Made by a program: the position numbers and the translations under genes. Shown one piece after another: positions 27,112 through 35,944 of a stretch of DNA of 56,856 bases. Under the pieces are notes generated by a model. It was not told the origin of the DNA. It did no database searches and saw nothing but the letters and a program-made list of their open reading frames with translations. Source of the stretch: Flavobacteriaceae bacterium (GTDB lineage: Bacteria > Bacteroidota > Bacteroidia > Flavobacteriales > Flavobacteriaceae); assembly GCA_013001365.1 (NCBI GenBank), contig JABDMQ010000344.1, positions 1 through 56,856 on the forward strand, written 5' to 3'. How positions within the stretch are numbered: position 1 is the first letter of the stretch; every line of letters starts with the position of its first letter.

Positions 27112-27558
27112 AGAGTGATAAAAAAATAAAACTTACTCTAGAAATAAGTTTTATCCCGATGATTAATTGGCTGATTATGCAAATATAATATCGATAAGTA
27201 GTTTTGCTAAAGTTATCATAGTTTTTTTAGTGATTTACGATTAATTGATCTTGAATATTTAATAGCCATTTGCGCAATTGTTCAGCCAATATAGATTTTT
27301 GGAAATCTTTCCACCAAATATTTTTATTAAAATCTATGAATTTGCCTTTACATATATAACTATAAATATGTAAATGGTTACTAAGTTATAAATTAAGTCT
27401 AGGATGATATTAATAATTGTAATCATAATACATATAATGTCTTTATAATTATAACAATCATAGGGCTATTTTAGTTTCATTTTGAAAAACCAAGGTCATT
27501 TTCATCATTTTTTGACTGTTTTTGGCTGTTTTTATCTTTTTAGAGGAAAATAATCCTG

Positions 27559-27589
27559 AAAAAAAGACATTCCATTTGGAATGTCTTTT
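27559..27589 (-). terminator. Rho-independent terminator of the blaI/blaR1-like operon
   Basis: The stem is aaagacattcc / ggaatgtcttt. A plus-strand A7 upstream of the stem gives a U-run on the minus-strand transcript. It lies 24 nt downstream of the stop at 27613. Confidence 0.75.
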
Positions 27590-27612
27590 CTATAGTTTTT
27601 GTGGTATCTCAT

Positions 27613-28593
27613 TTATTGTTTCTGAAGCGTAATTGCAATTATGGCACCATCTTTTGCTTTCTCGCCATAAATACTGACCGCTGTTTTACCTTTAAGTACA
27701 TCTACAGTATCCAATTTGTCATCTTTAGCTAGGGCATCAAGTTTTTTGAATGTTGATTCCTTGCCATCAATAATGATAAGTTTTTCTGTATTAGGGTCAT
27801 CATAGAATTTGAATTTCTGTGTTTTATGACCACTGTCATCCGAGTGCCATGACATAGAATCATCATCGTTAAAGAAGAAATTCATTCCTTTGCCTTTTCC
27901 CTTTTTAATGATTATGCGCTTGTCACCATTTTCATCTTCTTCGATCTTTAGCATGTCCTGCATATCTTCCATCATGTTGTCCATATTGAACGATCTACCA
28001 TTGAACAATAATATATTTCCATCCTCATTATCAAAATTAAACGAGAACTTATTACCATGAAGACTATCCAGCATGTGGAAACGATGTCCGAAAATAGAGT
28101 CCATGTTAAACGAATGCTTTGGCATATGATTGCCAAAGAAGGCAAAACTACCCATATGACTTTCACCTTGGGTTATATAAAGTGACCCATCTCTTCTGCC
28201 GAACGATATCTCATCTATAGGGAGATTACTCTGGCTACTGCTTAGTGTCTTTGACCCTGTATTAAGGTCTTCAAGCTCAATTTTTATTGATATGATCTCT
28301 CCGTCATCATTCCGTTTTATGTTCGTGAATGAGGCCTTTATGTCATGCTCCTTCAGCATGTCCATGATATCCTCGAATTCATCCTGCGTTGTCTTGCTAT
28401 CGACGGTGATATTGACATCGATTTCATTATTTACAATAGTGCTGGACATTGGATTGTAATTGTCTTTTGCAGAGAAGCTACTAAATGTAAGACCCAAGAC
28501 AGCGATCACTGCGATGATTGATACAAATTGTAATTTACCTGAAGTTTTCATTGTGTTTGATTTAAATATTAATATTTGATTTTTGATATTCAA
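27613..28593 (-). CDS. Exported/anchored protein paralogous to the BlaR1-like sensor ectodomain, with a His/Met-rich central region (326 aa)
   Basis: It has an N-terminal signal anchor. One module (DIKASFTNIKRNDDGEIISIKIELED) and one C-terminal module (LIIIDGKE...VDVLKGKTAVSIYGEKAKDGAIIAITLQ) are both shared with the upstream M56 protein. The centre is rich in H, M, D, N and F (HMPKHSFNMDSIFGHRFHMLDSLHG...MDNMMEDMQDM). Confidence 0.7.
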   Translation of the reverse strand: MNIKNQILIFKSNTMKTSGKLQFVSIIAVIAVLGLTFSSFSAKDNYNPMSSTIVNNEIDVNITVDSKTTQDEFEDIMDMLKEHDIKASFTNIKRNDDGEIISIKIELEDLNTGSKTLSSSQSNLPIDEISFGRRDGSLYITQGESHMGSFAFFGNHMPKHSFNMDSIFGHRFHMLDSLHGNKFSFNFDNEDGNILLFNGRSFNMDNMMEDMQDMLKIEEDENGDKRIIIKKGKGKGMNFFFNDDDSMSWHSDDSGHKTQKFKFYDDPNTEKLIIIDGKESTFKKLDALAKDDKLDTVDVLKGKTAVSIYGEKAKDGAIIAITLQKQ

Positions 28594-28606
28594 AAAGCAT
28601 TCCAGA

Positions 28607-30763
28607 TCAATATCCCCTAGTAATGGTCAATTTAGAATTTTTCTTACCTATTATTATCTCTGGAATAGCTTCTGGAGCAGTATTATAAGTAGAACTCGTT
28701 TTATTTCCTTTGTTGTCATCGAGATCTATCTTTATACGAGTTATATTGCCGTTTTTATCTCGTCTTATTTTTGAGAATTTAAGATCGATGTTGTCCTTGG
28801 CCAGTACTTTGACGTATTTATTGAATATTTCCTTGGTCGATGCTTTATTTATTTTAACTGTTAAAGCAGTTAGGTTATGCTCAGTAAAATGATTTTCGCC
28901 AGAGCCTTTTGTAACTATCTTGATAACGCCATCCTTACCTTCATCACCATAAACTTCGATTGCTGAATCGCCTTTTAAGACATTCATGGATTCTATTTTA
29001 TCCTTGTCTAATGTTACTATTATTTCTTCTTTAACTATATCGCCGTCGACTACGTACAAAGGTTTGCCATTACTTTTACCTGTGTTCCTAACTACATAGA
29101 CAAAACGATTGGAGTCCTTGTCTTTTCGTTTCATTCTTCGCTCTTCACGTTCTTCCATCATTTTTGCTCTATGCTCTTCCCTTAATTGCTTATGTTCATT
29201 AATACGCTCTTCATGCTCTCCTTTCATTTTTTCATGACGCTCTTTTAGCTCGATAATTCGAACTTCATGTTCTTCCTTCATCCTTGCCTTGCGATCTTCC
29301 ATTTGTGCTTTATGCTCTTCCATTCTCTCCTTATGTTCTTCTAGACGAACCTCATGCTCATGCTTAATTCTTTCATTACGCTCCTTCATCTTATGCTCTC
29401 TTTCGTGCATGCGCTCTTCATGTTCTTTCATTCGAATAACATGAATCTTATCCCTATTTGCGTTTCCGATACTAAAGCCACCGTTTTCCTTTGTCTGGAT
29501 CAAAATGGTTTCGATAGGGTCATCATCGTCTCCTTTTACATGATAGACTCCTGAATTTTCAGAATCCTTATCATTGTATTTTATCCTAATGCTCGTAATT
29601 TCTCCATCAGAGTTGTAATCAATGTCACTAAACTTGATTTCTACCCCTTTCTCTTTCATATCTAGACGAATCTTATCTAACTCTTCTTTTGTGGTATCCT
29701 TAGTGATTTTGACAATTATTTCAACGAATGATGCGGGTCCAAAATTTCTTTGGACTATTCCTTCAGTGTTTCCAAGTGTTGGCATGCTATTCTCAAAAAT
29801 TGGAAGTGCAGAATTACTTGATTGAGCTGAATAAAAGAATTCATATGAGGCTGGAATAACAGGCTCCGATTCCTTCACTATTTCAACTGTCTCTGTATTG
29901 AAACTCATAAGAAACAAGGCAAGAGCCGGAAGGATCAAAGTGTATTTCCATAAGTTTCTGGTTTTACTTGTCGATTGATTTAACATAACTATTCGTTTTT
30001 TGATTAATGAATTATAAAAATTGTTTGTGATTGATGTACAATATGGGGCAACACTCACTTTTAAGAGCGTATGCTGATAATTCTTTTTTGATGGCAATTT
30101 TGACACAGCGGACTTGTCAGCCAAGAATTCAAGGTTCTGTTGAATATCCTTTTTATATAACCATACGATAGGATTGACCCAAAGCAATGTTGCAAATAAT
30201 TGGGTGATCAAGATATCCAATGAATGGAGTTGTCTGCCATGGGCTTTTTCATGATTTAGAATGATCTTAAGGTCTTTAACCGAATAACTATTTGAGTTAT
30301 AAATTATATAGTTGAAGAAAGAAAATGGCGAGATATTTTCGGAGACTTCGATCATATTGAAGCCTTTGCTTTTTGTTAATTTCCCAGACCTTATCAATCG
30401 ATATAAGGACAATAGTTGTATGATAAAATGCAGCATGAATGCCACAACGCCGATTAAGTAGATCTTTATTAATAGTGTCAACCAATCAAAAGGGGCGGAT
30501 TGTTCAACCGACTCTTTTTCCACTAATTCAAGAGGAACATTCATTAATAAGCTATTATCAAATGATACAGTGGGCTCTACATATATGTAAGAGGTAAACA
30601 CTACCAAAGGCAATACTAACGATGCTAGGATTCCACCAAGTAGAAAATGACGATTTAAATTAAAAAACGTCTCCTTTTGTAAAAATAACTTGTAAGCGAG
30701 AAAAAATATGATCAAGATTCCCGCAGATTTCATTAAGTAAATAAAGAATGCTTCCATGATCAC
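28607..30763 (-). CDS. BlaR1/MecR1-like M56 peptidase-family signal transducer with a large non-PBP ectodomain (718 aa)
   Basis: It has N-terminal TM helices and the zinc-protease motif HEKAH (aa 171-175, nt 30239-30253). The extracytoplasmic part has two copies of a ~35-aa module, a 108-aa H/E/R/K/M segment (aa 441-548) and a plug-like motif, IESMNVLKGDSAIEVYGDEGKDGVIKIVTKG. It overlaps the upstream repressor gene by 4 nt. Confidence 0.85.
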   Translation of the reverse strand: MIMEAFFIYLMKSAGILIIFFLAYKLFLQKETFFNLNRHFLLGGILASLVLPLVVFTSYIYVEPTVSFDNSLLMNVPLELVEKESVEQSAPFDWLTLLIKIYLIGVVAFMLHFIIQLLSLYRLIRSGKLTKSKGFNMIEVSENISPFSFFNYIIYNSNSYSVKDLKIILNHEKAHGRQLHSLDILITQLFATLLWVNPIVWLYKKDIQQNLEFLADKSAVSKLPSKKNYQHTLLKVSVAPYCTSITNNFYNSLIKKRIVMLNQSTSKTRNLWKYTLILPALALFLMSFNTETVEIVKESEPVIPASYEFFYSAQSSNSALPIFENSMPTLGNTEGIVQRNFGPASFVEIIVKITKDTTKEELDKIRLDMKEKGVEIKFSDIDYNSDGEITSIRIKYNDKDSENSGVYHVKGDDDDPIETILIQTKENGGFSIGNANRDKIHVIRMKEHEERMHEREHKMKERNERIKHEHEVRLEEHKERMEEHKAQMEDRKARMKEEHEVRIIELKERHEKMKGEHEERINEHKQLREEHRAKMMEEREERRMKRKDKDSNRFVYVVRNTGKSNGKPLYVVDGDIVKEEIIVTLDKDKIESMNVLKGDSAIEVYGDEGKDGVIKIVTKGSGENHFTEHNLTALTVKINKASTKEIFNKYVKVLAKDNIDLKFSKIRRDKNGNITRIKIDLDDNKGNKTSSTYNTAPEAIPEIIIGKKNSKLTITRGY

Positions 30764-31119
30764 GATTTATTTTCGATTAGTTTTATAATTTCCTTGAGAT
30801 CCGCAACACTGATTTTTTCTTCCTTCGCAAAAAATGAAACTACATTCTTATAGCTACTATTGAAGTAATTATCAATTGCTGTATTGAAAAATCGTTTTCT
30901 ATAAGCTTCCTTGGTGATAATAGGGAAATATTGATGGGTTTTCCCAAAAGCAGTGTAGTCAACATAACCCTTGTCTTCTAAATTCCTTATAATTGTAGAT
31001 AAGGTATTGTAATGTGGTTGGTCATTCTTGATTTCGCCAAGAACATCCTTTACAAATGCCTTTTCAAGTTTCCAAAGAATCTGCATGACCTCTTCCTCCT
31101 TATTGGTTAGTTTTTCCAT
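30760..31119 (-). CDS. BlaI/MecI/CopY-family winged-helix transcriptional repressor
   Basis: MEKLTNKEEEVMQILWKLEKAFVKDVL...HYNTLSTIIRNLEDKGYVDY is typical of the Penicillinase_R family. I prefer the ATG at 31119 over the 18-codon extension in the track. Confidence 0.85.
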   Translation of the reverse strand: MEKLTNKEEEVMQILWKLEKAFVKDVLGEIKNDQPHYNTLSTIIRNLEDKGYVDYTAFGKTHQYFPIITKEAYRKRFFNTAIDNYFNSSYKNVVSFFAKEEKISVADLKEIIKLIENKS

Positions 31120-31148
31120 ATGATGCGATTTGATATGTTGCTCAAACT

Positions 31149-31190
31149 TATAACTAAAATTATAGTTATACAACTACATATATAGTTATT
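31149..31190. promoter_or_regulatory. Two adjacent palindromic operator candidates upstream of the blaI-like gene
   Basis: tataactaaaattatagttata (31149-31170) is a 22-bp palindrome with 1 mismatch. aactacatatatagtt (31172-31187) is a 16-bp palindrome with 1 mismatch. Both share the TATAGTTAT half-site and lie 30-70 nt upstream of the repressor start. Confidence 0.55.
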
Positions 31191-31322
31191 TAACGAAATT
31201 TTGTGTTTTTAGTATGAGTTGAATCCAATTAATAGTTAAACCATCGAAATATTATTGTTCAGGTAACAATCGTCATGTTTCAATCTTAATTCTTATGTTA
31301 TCTTCGCAAGAAATTAGTCTGC

Positions 31323-32267
31323 ATGAGTGTTGTATACTTGATTCTCGGATTTGTACTGTTAGTAGTAGGGGGTGAGTACCTTGTGCGCTCTTCGGTGGCA
31401 CTTTCCTTCAAGCTGAATATTTCAAAGTTCGTGATAGGCATGACAGTCGTGTCTTTTGCCACATCAGCACCTGAGTTATTGGTCAGCTTACAAGCCGCCT
31501 TCAATGGGTCTCCAGCCATAGCAATTAATAACGTGGTGGGATCAAATATTGCGAATATTGGTCTTGTTTTAGGAATAACTGCTATGGTGGGCTCCATTTC
31601 GGTCGATAGGTCTTTTTATAAAATGAATTGGCCGGTCATGATGGTTTTTTCCATGGTCCTGTTTTATTTTCTTTATAATGATAATAAGTTGGTGTATTGG
31701 GAAGGAATCATTCTTTTTTCAGGTTTGTTGATATTTCTATTTGCTTTAATAAGAGGACAGAAATCATCGGCAGACTCTGAAGATGTTGATATAAATTTAG
31801 CACAAGTGTCCAATTTCAAAATGGCTTTATGGTTATCGATTGGAGCGGCAGCTTTGTATTTTGGATCTGAATGGTTGGTGCGAGGGGCAACTGAAATAGC
31901 TACACAACTCGGTGTTAGTGAGGCAGTAATTGGAGTTACCATGATTGCCATTGGAACGAGTGTACCAGAGTTAGCAGCTTCAGTAATTGCAGCAGCAAAG
32001 CAAGAGAAAGCTATTTCCTTGGGAAATTTAATAGGATCGAACATTTTTAATATCGGATCGGTCCTTGGTTTAACCTCCATAATAAAAACCATTCCTATTA
32101 ACGAACCAATGATATTGTCACGTGATATTTTTTGGATGTTGATATTTGCAGGAATAATATTGCCATTGGCATTGATTCCTAAGCGACATGAGATCAATAA
32201 GATTAAAGGCTTCCTATTGGTTCTTGGTTATGGAACTTTCGTCTTCTTGGCCTTTTTCACAGGATAA
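31323..32267 (+). CDS. Ca2+/Na+ antiporter, CaCA (YrbG-like) family
   Basis: It has two alpha-repeats (GMTVVSFATSAPELLVSL and GVTMIAIGTSVPELAASV) and ~10 TM helices. Confidence 0.88.
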   Translation: MSVVYLILGFVLLVVGGEYLVRSSVALSFKLNISKFVIGMTVVSFATSAPELLVSLQAAFNGSPAIAINNVVGSNIANIGLVLGITAMVGSISVDRSFYKMNWPVMMVFSMVLFYFLYNDNKLVYWEGIILFSGLLIFLFALIRGQKSSADSEDVDINLAQVSNFKMALWLSIGAAALYFGSEWLVRGATEIATQLGVSEAVIGVTMIAIGTSVPELAASVIAAAKQEKAISLGNLIGSNIFNIGSVLGLTSIIKTIPINEPMILSRDIFWMLIFAGIILPLALIPKRHEINKIKGFLLVLGYGTFVFLAFFTG

Positions 32268-32303
32268 AAAAATGCCTTCATTAATAAATGAAGGCATTAA
32301 TTC
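32265..32303. terminator. Terminator hairpin between the convergent antiporter and GSII genes
   Basis: An 11-bp stem, aatgccttcat / atgaaggcatt, is preceded by A6 on the plus strand, so it is strongest for the minus-strand GSII transcript. Confidence 0.7.
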
Positions 32304-32321
32304 TCTTTGCTTGTTGACTAA

Positions 32322-33350
32322 TTAAGCTGGTACAGCAATATCTGCACTTTTCACAGTCTTAATGATTCTACCTGCAATCTTATATGGGTCAGCGTTAGAT
32401 GCCGGACGACGATCTTCCAACCAACCTTTCCAACCATTTTCTACGGTAATAATTGGAATCCTTATTGAAGCTCCTCTATCAGATACGCCATAGCTAAAGT
32501 CCGTAATGGCGGCTGTTTCATGTAATCCAGTTAATCGCTGGTCATTAAATTCGCCGTAAACAGCTATATGCTCATCAACTACCGGTCTGAATGCTTCACA
32601 TATTTTTTCATAAATCTCCTGACTTCCACAAGTTCTTAAAGTCGTATTCGAGAAGTTAGCGTGCATTCCTGAACCATTCCAGTCCATGTCTTTCCCTAAT
32701 GGTTTTGGATGGTACTCTATATAGTAACCATATTGCTCTGTCAATCTATCAAGAAGATACCTTGCGATCCAGATTTCGTCTCCAGCTTTCTTCGCTCCTT
32801 TAGCGAATAATTGGAATTCCCACTGACCAGAAGCGACTTCTTGGTTAATACCTTCAAAATTCAGTCCTGCAGCAATACAAAGGTCCGCATGCTCTTCGAC
32901 CAAATCCCTTCCATGAGTGTTCTTGCCACCAACTGAGCAATAGTACATGCCTTGAGGAGCCGGGTAACCACCAACAGGGAACCCAAGTGGAAGTCCAGTT
33001 GTAGTATCCATAATAAAATATTCTTGCTCGAAACCGAACCAGAAATCATTATCATCATCATCAATTGTAGCTCTGCCATTAGACACATGAGGAGAGCCAT
33101 CAGCATTTAAGACCTCTGTCATTACCAGGTATCCATTCTTTCTTGCTGGATCTGGATAAATTGCAACAGGCTTCAATAAACAATCTGAAGAATCTCCAGT
33201 CGCTTGCTTAGTTGAACTTCCATCAAATGACCATATTGGACAATCCTCTAATTTTCCACTAAAGTCTTCTTCAACTTTAGTCTTACTTCTCATGTTTTGA
33301 GTTGGTTTATAACCATCTAACCATATGTACTCAAGTTTCGATTTGCTCAT
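32322..33350 (-). CDS. glnA: Glutamine synthetase type II (eukaryote-like, 342 aa)
   Basis: LEYIWLDGYKPTQNMRSKTK, the core FGFEQEYF and MHANFS are typical of GSII, as is the size. Confidence 0.9.
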   Translation of the reverse strand: MSKSKLEYIWLDGYKPTQNMRSKTKVEEDFSGKLEDCPIWSFDGSSTKQATGDSSDCLLKPVAIYPDPARKNGYLVMTEVLNADGSPHVSNGRATIDDDDNDFWFGFEQEYFIMDTTTGLPLGFPVGGYPAPQGMYYCSVGGKNTHGRDLVEEHADLCIAAGLNFEGINQEVASGQWEFQLFAKGAKKAGDEIWIARYLLDRLTEQYGYYIEYHPKPLGKDMDWNGSGMHANFSNTTLRTCGSQEIYEKICEAFRPVVDEHIAVYGEFNDQRLTGLHETAAITDFSYGVSDRGASIRIPIITVENGWKGWLEDRRPASNADPYKIAGRIIKTVKSADIAVPA

Positions 33351-33499
33351 GCTTCAATAGTTTAATAATTAAAGATGCAAATATTGGCAATAAAAATAAT
33401 TGGAGCAAAAAAAATGGGGTCTTTTAGATAAAATGTTATTAATAATTGTTAATAACCCTATTTTTCATAGGGGAGCACCCCTAAAATTTAATTATATTG

Positions 33500-33507
33500 T
33501 ATTTTTG
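33500..33507 (+). promoter_or_regulatory. Candidate -7 box (TATTTTTG) for the GSIII gene
   Basis: It lies 18 nt upstream of the ATG at 33526 and inside the track's N-terminal extension. Confidence 0.5.
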
Positions 33508-33525
33508 ACCCAAAATTTTTCGAAT

Positions 33526-35712
33526 ATGTCAACATTACGATTTCATGCATTAAAAGCAAGTTTGGATAGAAAGCCTATAAAAGTGGTTGAGACCGAGAAA
33601 CGTTCATCATTATTTGGGCTAAATGTGTTTAACGATTCAGCAATGAGGCAATCCCTGACCAAGGATGCCTATGAAAGCGTAAATGATGCCATTGAAAAAG
33701 GCACCAAGATAAAAAGAAGTATTGCCGATCAAATAGCATCGGCGATGAAGGATTGGGCAATTAATAAAGGAGTGACTCACTATACCCATTGGTTTCAACC
33801 TTTGACAGGAGCCACTGCTGAAAAGCATGATGCTTTCTTCGAAACAATTGGTAATGGATCAGCAATCGAAAAATTCGGAGGTGGACAATTGGTTCAGCAG
33901 GAACCAGACGCATCGAGTTTTCCGCATGGCGGAATAAGGAATACGTTCGAAGCGCGTGGCTATACAGCCTGGGATCCAACCTCGCCTGCATTCATTTATG
34001 GCACGACGCTTTGTATACCAACCATATTTGTTTCTTATACAGGAGAGGCATTGGATTATAAAACTCCATTGCTTAAAGCATTGCAAGCAGTTGATAGTGC
34101 AGCTGTTGCTGTTGCTCGGTATTTTGACAAGAATGTAAAGAAGGTAAATGCCTCTTTAGGTTGGGAGCAAGAGTATTTCTTGATTGATAGTGCTTTAGCA
34201 TCTTCAAGACCAGATATAATAATGACCGGAAGAACTCTTTTAGGTCATTCGCCAGCTAAAGGACAACAATTGGACGATCATTATTTTGGAACGATTCCTA
34301 ATCGGGCAATGGCATTCATGCGGGATCTAGAAACGGAATGTATGCTTCTTGGTATTCCTGTTAAAACAAGGCATAACGAGGTGGCACCAAATCAGTTTGA
34401 ACTGGCTCCAATATATGAGGAGGCTAACCTCGCTGTGGATCATAATTCGTTGTTAATGGACATCATGGAGAAAATAGCGCAGCGACATAATTTCAAGGTT
34501 TTGTTTCATGAGAAACCTTTCGAAGGGATCAATGGATCTGGAAAACACAATAACTGGAGCTTAAGTACAGATACTGGAGTTAATCTTCTTAGCCCAGGTA
34601 AGACACCTATGAGCAATCTTCAATTCTTAGCGTTTTTCATAAACACCATTAAAGCTGTTAACGAATATGAGGATCTACTAAGGGCCTCAATAGCAACAGC
34701 AGGCAATGATCATAGATTGGGTGCCAATGAAGCACCACCGGCAATTTTATCTGTTTTTATTGGAGAGCAATTGACCAGCGTTTTGAATGAATTGGAAAAT
34801 GTAACGCAAGGCAAGCTATCACCAAAGGAAAAAACAGACCTAAAACTTAATGTTGTGGGGAAAATTCCTGAAATATTATTGGATAACACGGATAGAAACC
34901 GCACATCTCCATTTGCTTTTACGGGCAATAAGTTTGAATTTAGGGCAGTAGGCTCAAATGCAAATTGTGCTAAGGCCATGACGGTACTTAATTCCATTGT
35001 AGCAAATCAATTGATTGAATTCAAGAAGGAAGTAGATCTCCTCATTGATAAAAAGGACATGAAAAAAGATGATGCGGTCTTTAATATCTTAAGAGAATAC
35101 ATCAAGAAATCGAAGAATATCTTGTTTGAAGGTAACGGTTATTCCCAAGCTTGGGAAAAAGAGGCTAAAAAACGTGGGTTAAGCAATAACAAGACAACAC
35201 CTGAAGCTCTAAAAGCAAAGACTACAAAGAAAGCTATTGCATTGTTCGAGGAACTCAATGTCATGAACAGAGTGGAACAGGAAGCCCGTTATGAAATTGA
35301 AATTGAAGAATATATCTTACGAATCCAGATTGAAAGTCGTGTCTTAGGAGACATTGCTCGAAACCATATAGTTCCTACTGCAGTAAAATACCAAAATGTC
35401 CTTATCAAGAATGTGACTGGTTTAAAGGAGATCTATGAAGATAAATACAAGAATGTGGCCAAGGAGCAAATCGAACTCATTCAAGAAATTTCAAGTCAGA
35501 TCGAATCTATAAACTCCAAGGTCACGAAAATGATTGAGGAAAGAAAAAAAGCAAATGTCATCGGCGATTCGGAGAAGAAGGCGCAAGCCTACTGTTCAAA
35601 AGTTAGATCGTACTTTGATGAAATTCGATATCACTGCGATAAACTTGAACTATTAGTTGATGATGAAATCTGGCCTCTTACAAAATACCGAGAATTATTG
35701 TTCACGAAATAG
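33526..35712 (+). CDS. glnN: Glutamine synthetase type III (728 aa)
   Basis: It has the MSTLRFHALK start, WEQEYFLID, NEVAPNQFELAP and FHEKPFEGINGSGKHNNWS. The size is typical of Bacteroidota GSIII. I rejected the upstream 42-codon extension. Confidence 0.9.
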   Translation: MSTLRFHALKASLDRKPIKVVETEKRSSLFGLNVFNDSAMRQSLTKDAYESVNDAIEKGTKIKRSIADQIASAMKDWAINKGVTHYTHWFQPLTGATAEKHDAFFETIGNGSAIEKFGGGQLVQQEPDASSFPHGGIRNTFEARGYTAWDPTSPAFIYGTTLCIPTIFVSYTGEALDYKTPLLKALQAVDSAAVAVARYFDKNVKKVNASLGWEQEYFLIDSALASSRPDIIMTGRTLLGHSPAKGQQLDDHYFGTIPNRAMAFMRDLETECMLLGIPVKTRHNEVAPNQFELAPIYEEANLAVDHNSLLMDIMEKIAQRHNFKVLFHEKPFEGINGSGKHNNWSLSTDTGVNLLSPGKTPMSNLQFLAFFINTIKAVNEYEDLLRASIATAGNDHRLGANEAPPAILSVFIGEQLTSVLNELENVTQGKLSPKEKTDLKLNVVGKIPEILLDNTDRNRTSPFAFTGNKFEFRAVGSNANCAKAMTVLNSIVANQLIEFKKEVDLLIDKKDMKKDDAVFNILREYIKKSKNILFEGNGYSQAWEKEAKKRGLSNNKTTPEALKAKTTKKAIALFEELNVMNRVEQEARYEIEIEEYILRIQIESRVLGDIARNHIVPTAVKYQNVLIKNVTGLKEIYEDKYKNVAKEQIELIQEISSQIESINSKVTKMIEERKKANVIGDSEKKAQAYCSKVRSYFDEIRYHCDKLELLVDDEIWPLTKYRELLFTK

Positions 35713-35909
35713 GGAAACTATTTAAACATCTGATAGTAAGGAGTTTATAATTTTTACGGTTTCAGCTGAAATCATACATTTCAGAAATTCATGTGTACGA
35801 ATTCTCAAAGAAACGGGTATTTTATCTTACAATTATGCATCTTATCGAAAAAGAAGTGACCTCCTTGATTTTTTGGTAAAAACTTGAAATTCTTCGCAGT
35901 AATATTTCA

Positions 35910-35917
35910 TATATTTG
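35910..35917 (+). promoter_or_regulatory. Candidate -7 box (TATATTTG) for the 19-aa sORF transcript
   Basis: It is a perfect TAnnTTTG 27 nt upstream of the sORF ATG. A TTG lies at 35884-35886, in roughly the -33 position. Confidence 0.45.
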
Positions 35918-35944
35918 TAAAGCTATTAATCAATACATTTAATT

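Noticed and set aside
29354-29825. Two plus-strand track ORFs (29354-29554, 29622-29825) lie opposite the M56 sensor gene.
   Set aside because: They are antisense to the repetitive H/E/R/K-coding DNA. Their products are leucine/serine/phenylalanine-rich shadow translations.
33400-33525. The track gives the GSIII ORF a 42-codon N-terminal extension.
   Set aside because: The extension contains the TATTTTTG -7 box, starts at TTG, and adds a non-conserved peptide. The canonical MSTLRFHALK start is at 33526. I trimmed five other N-terminal extensions for the same reason: 23657-23719, 24168-24302, 31120-31173, 38527-38559 and 9389-9442.
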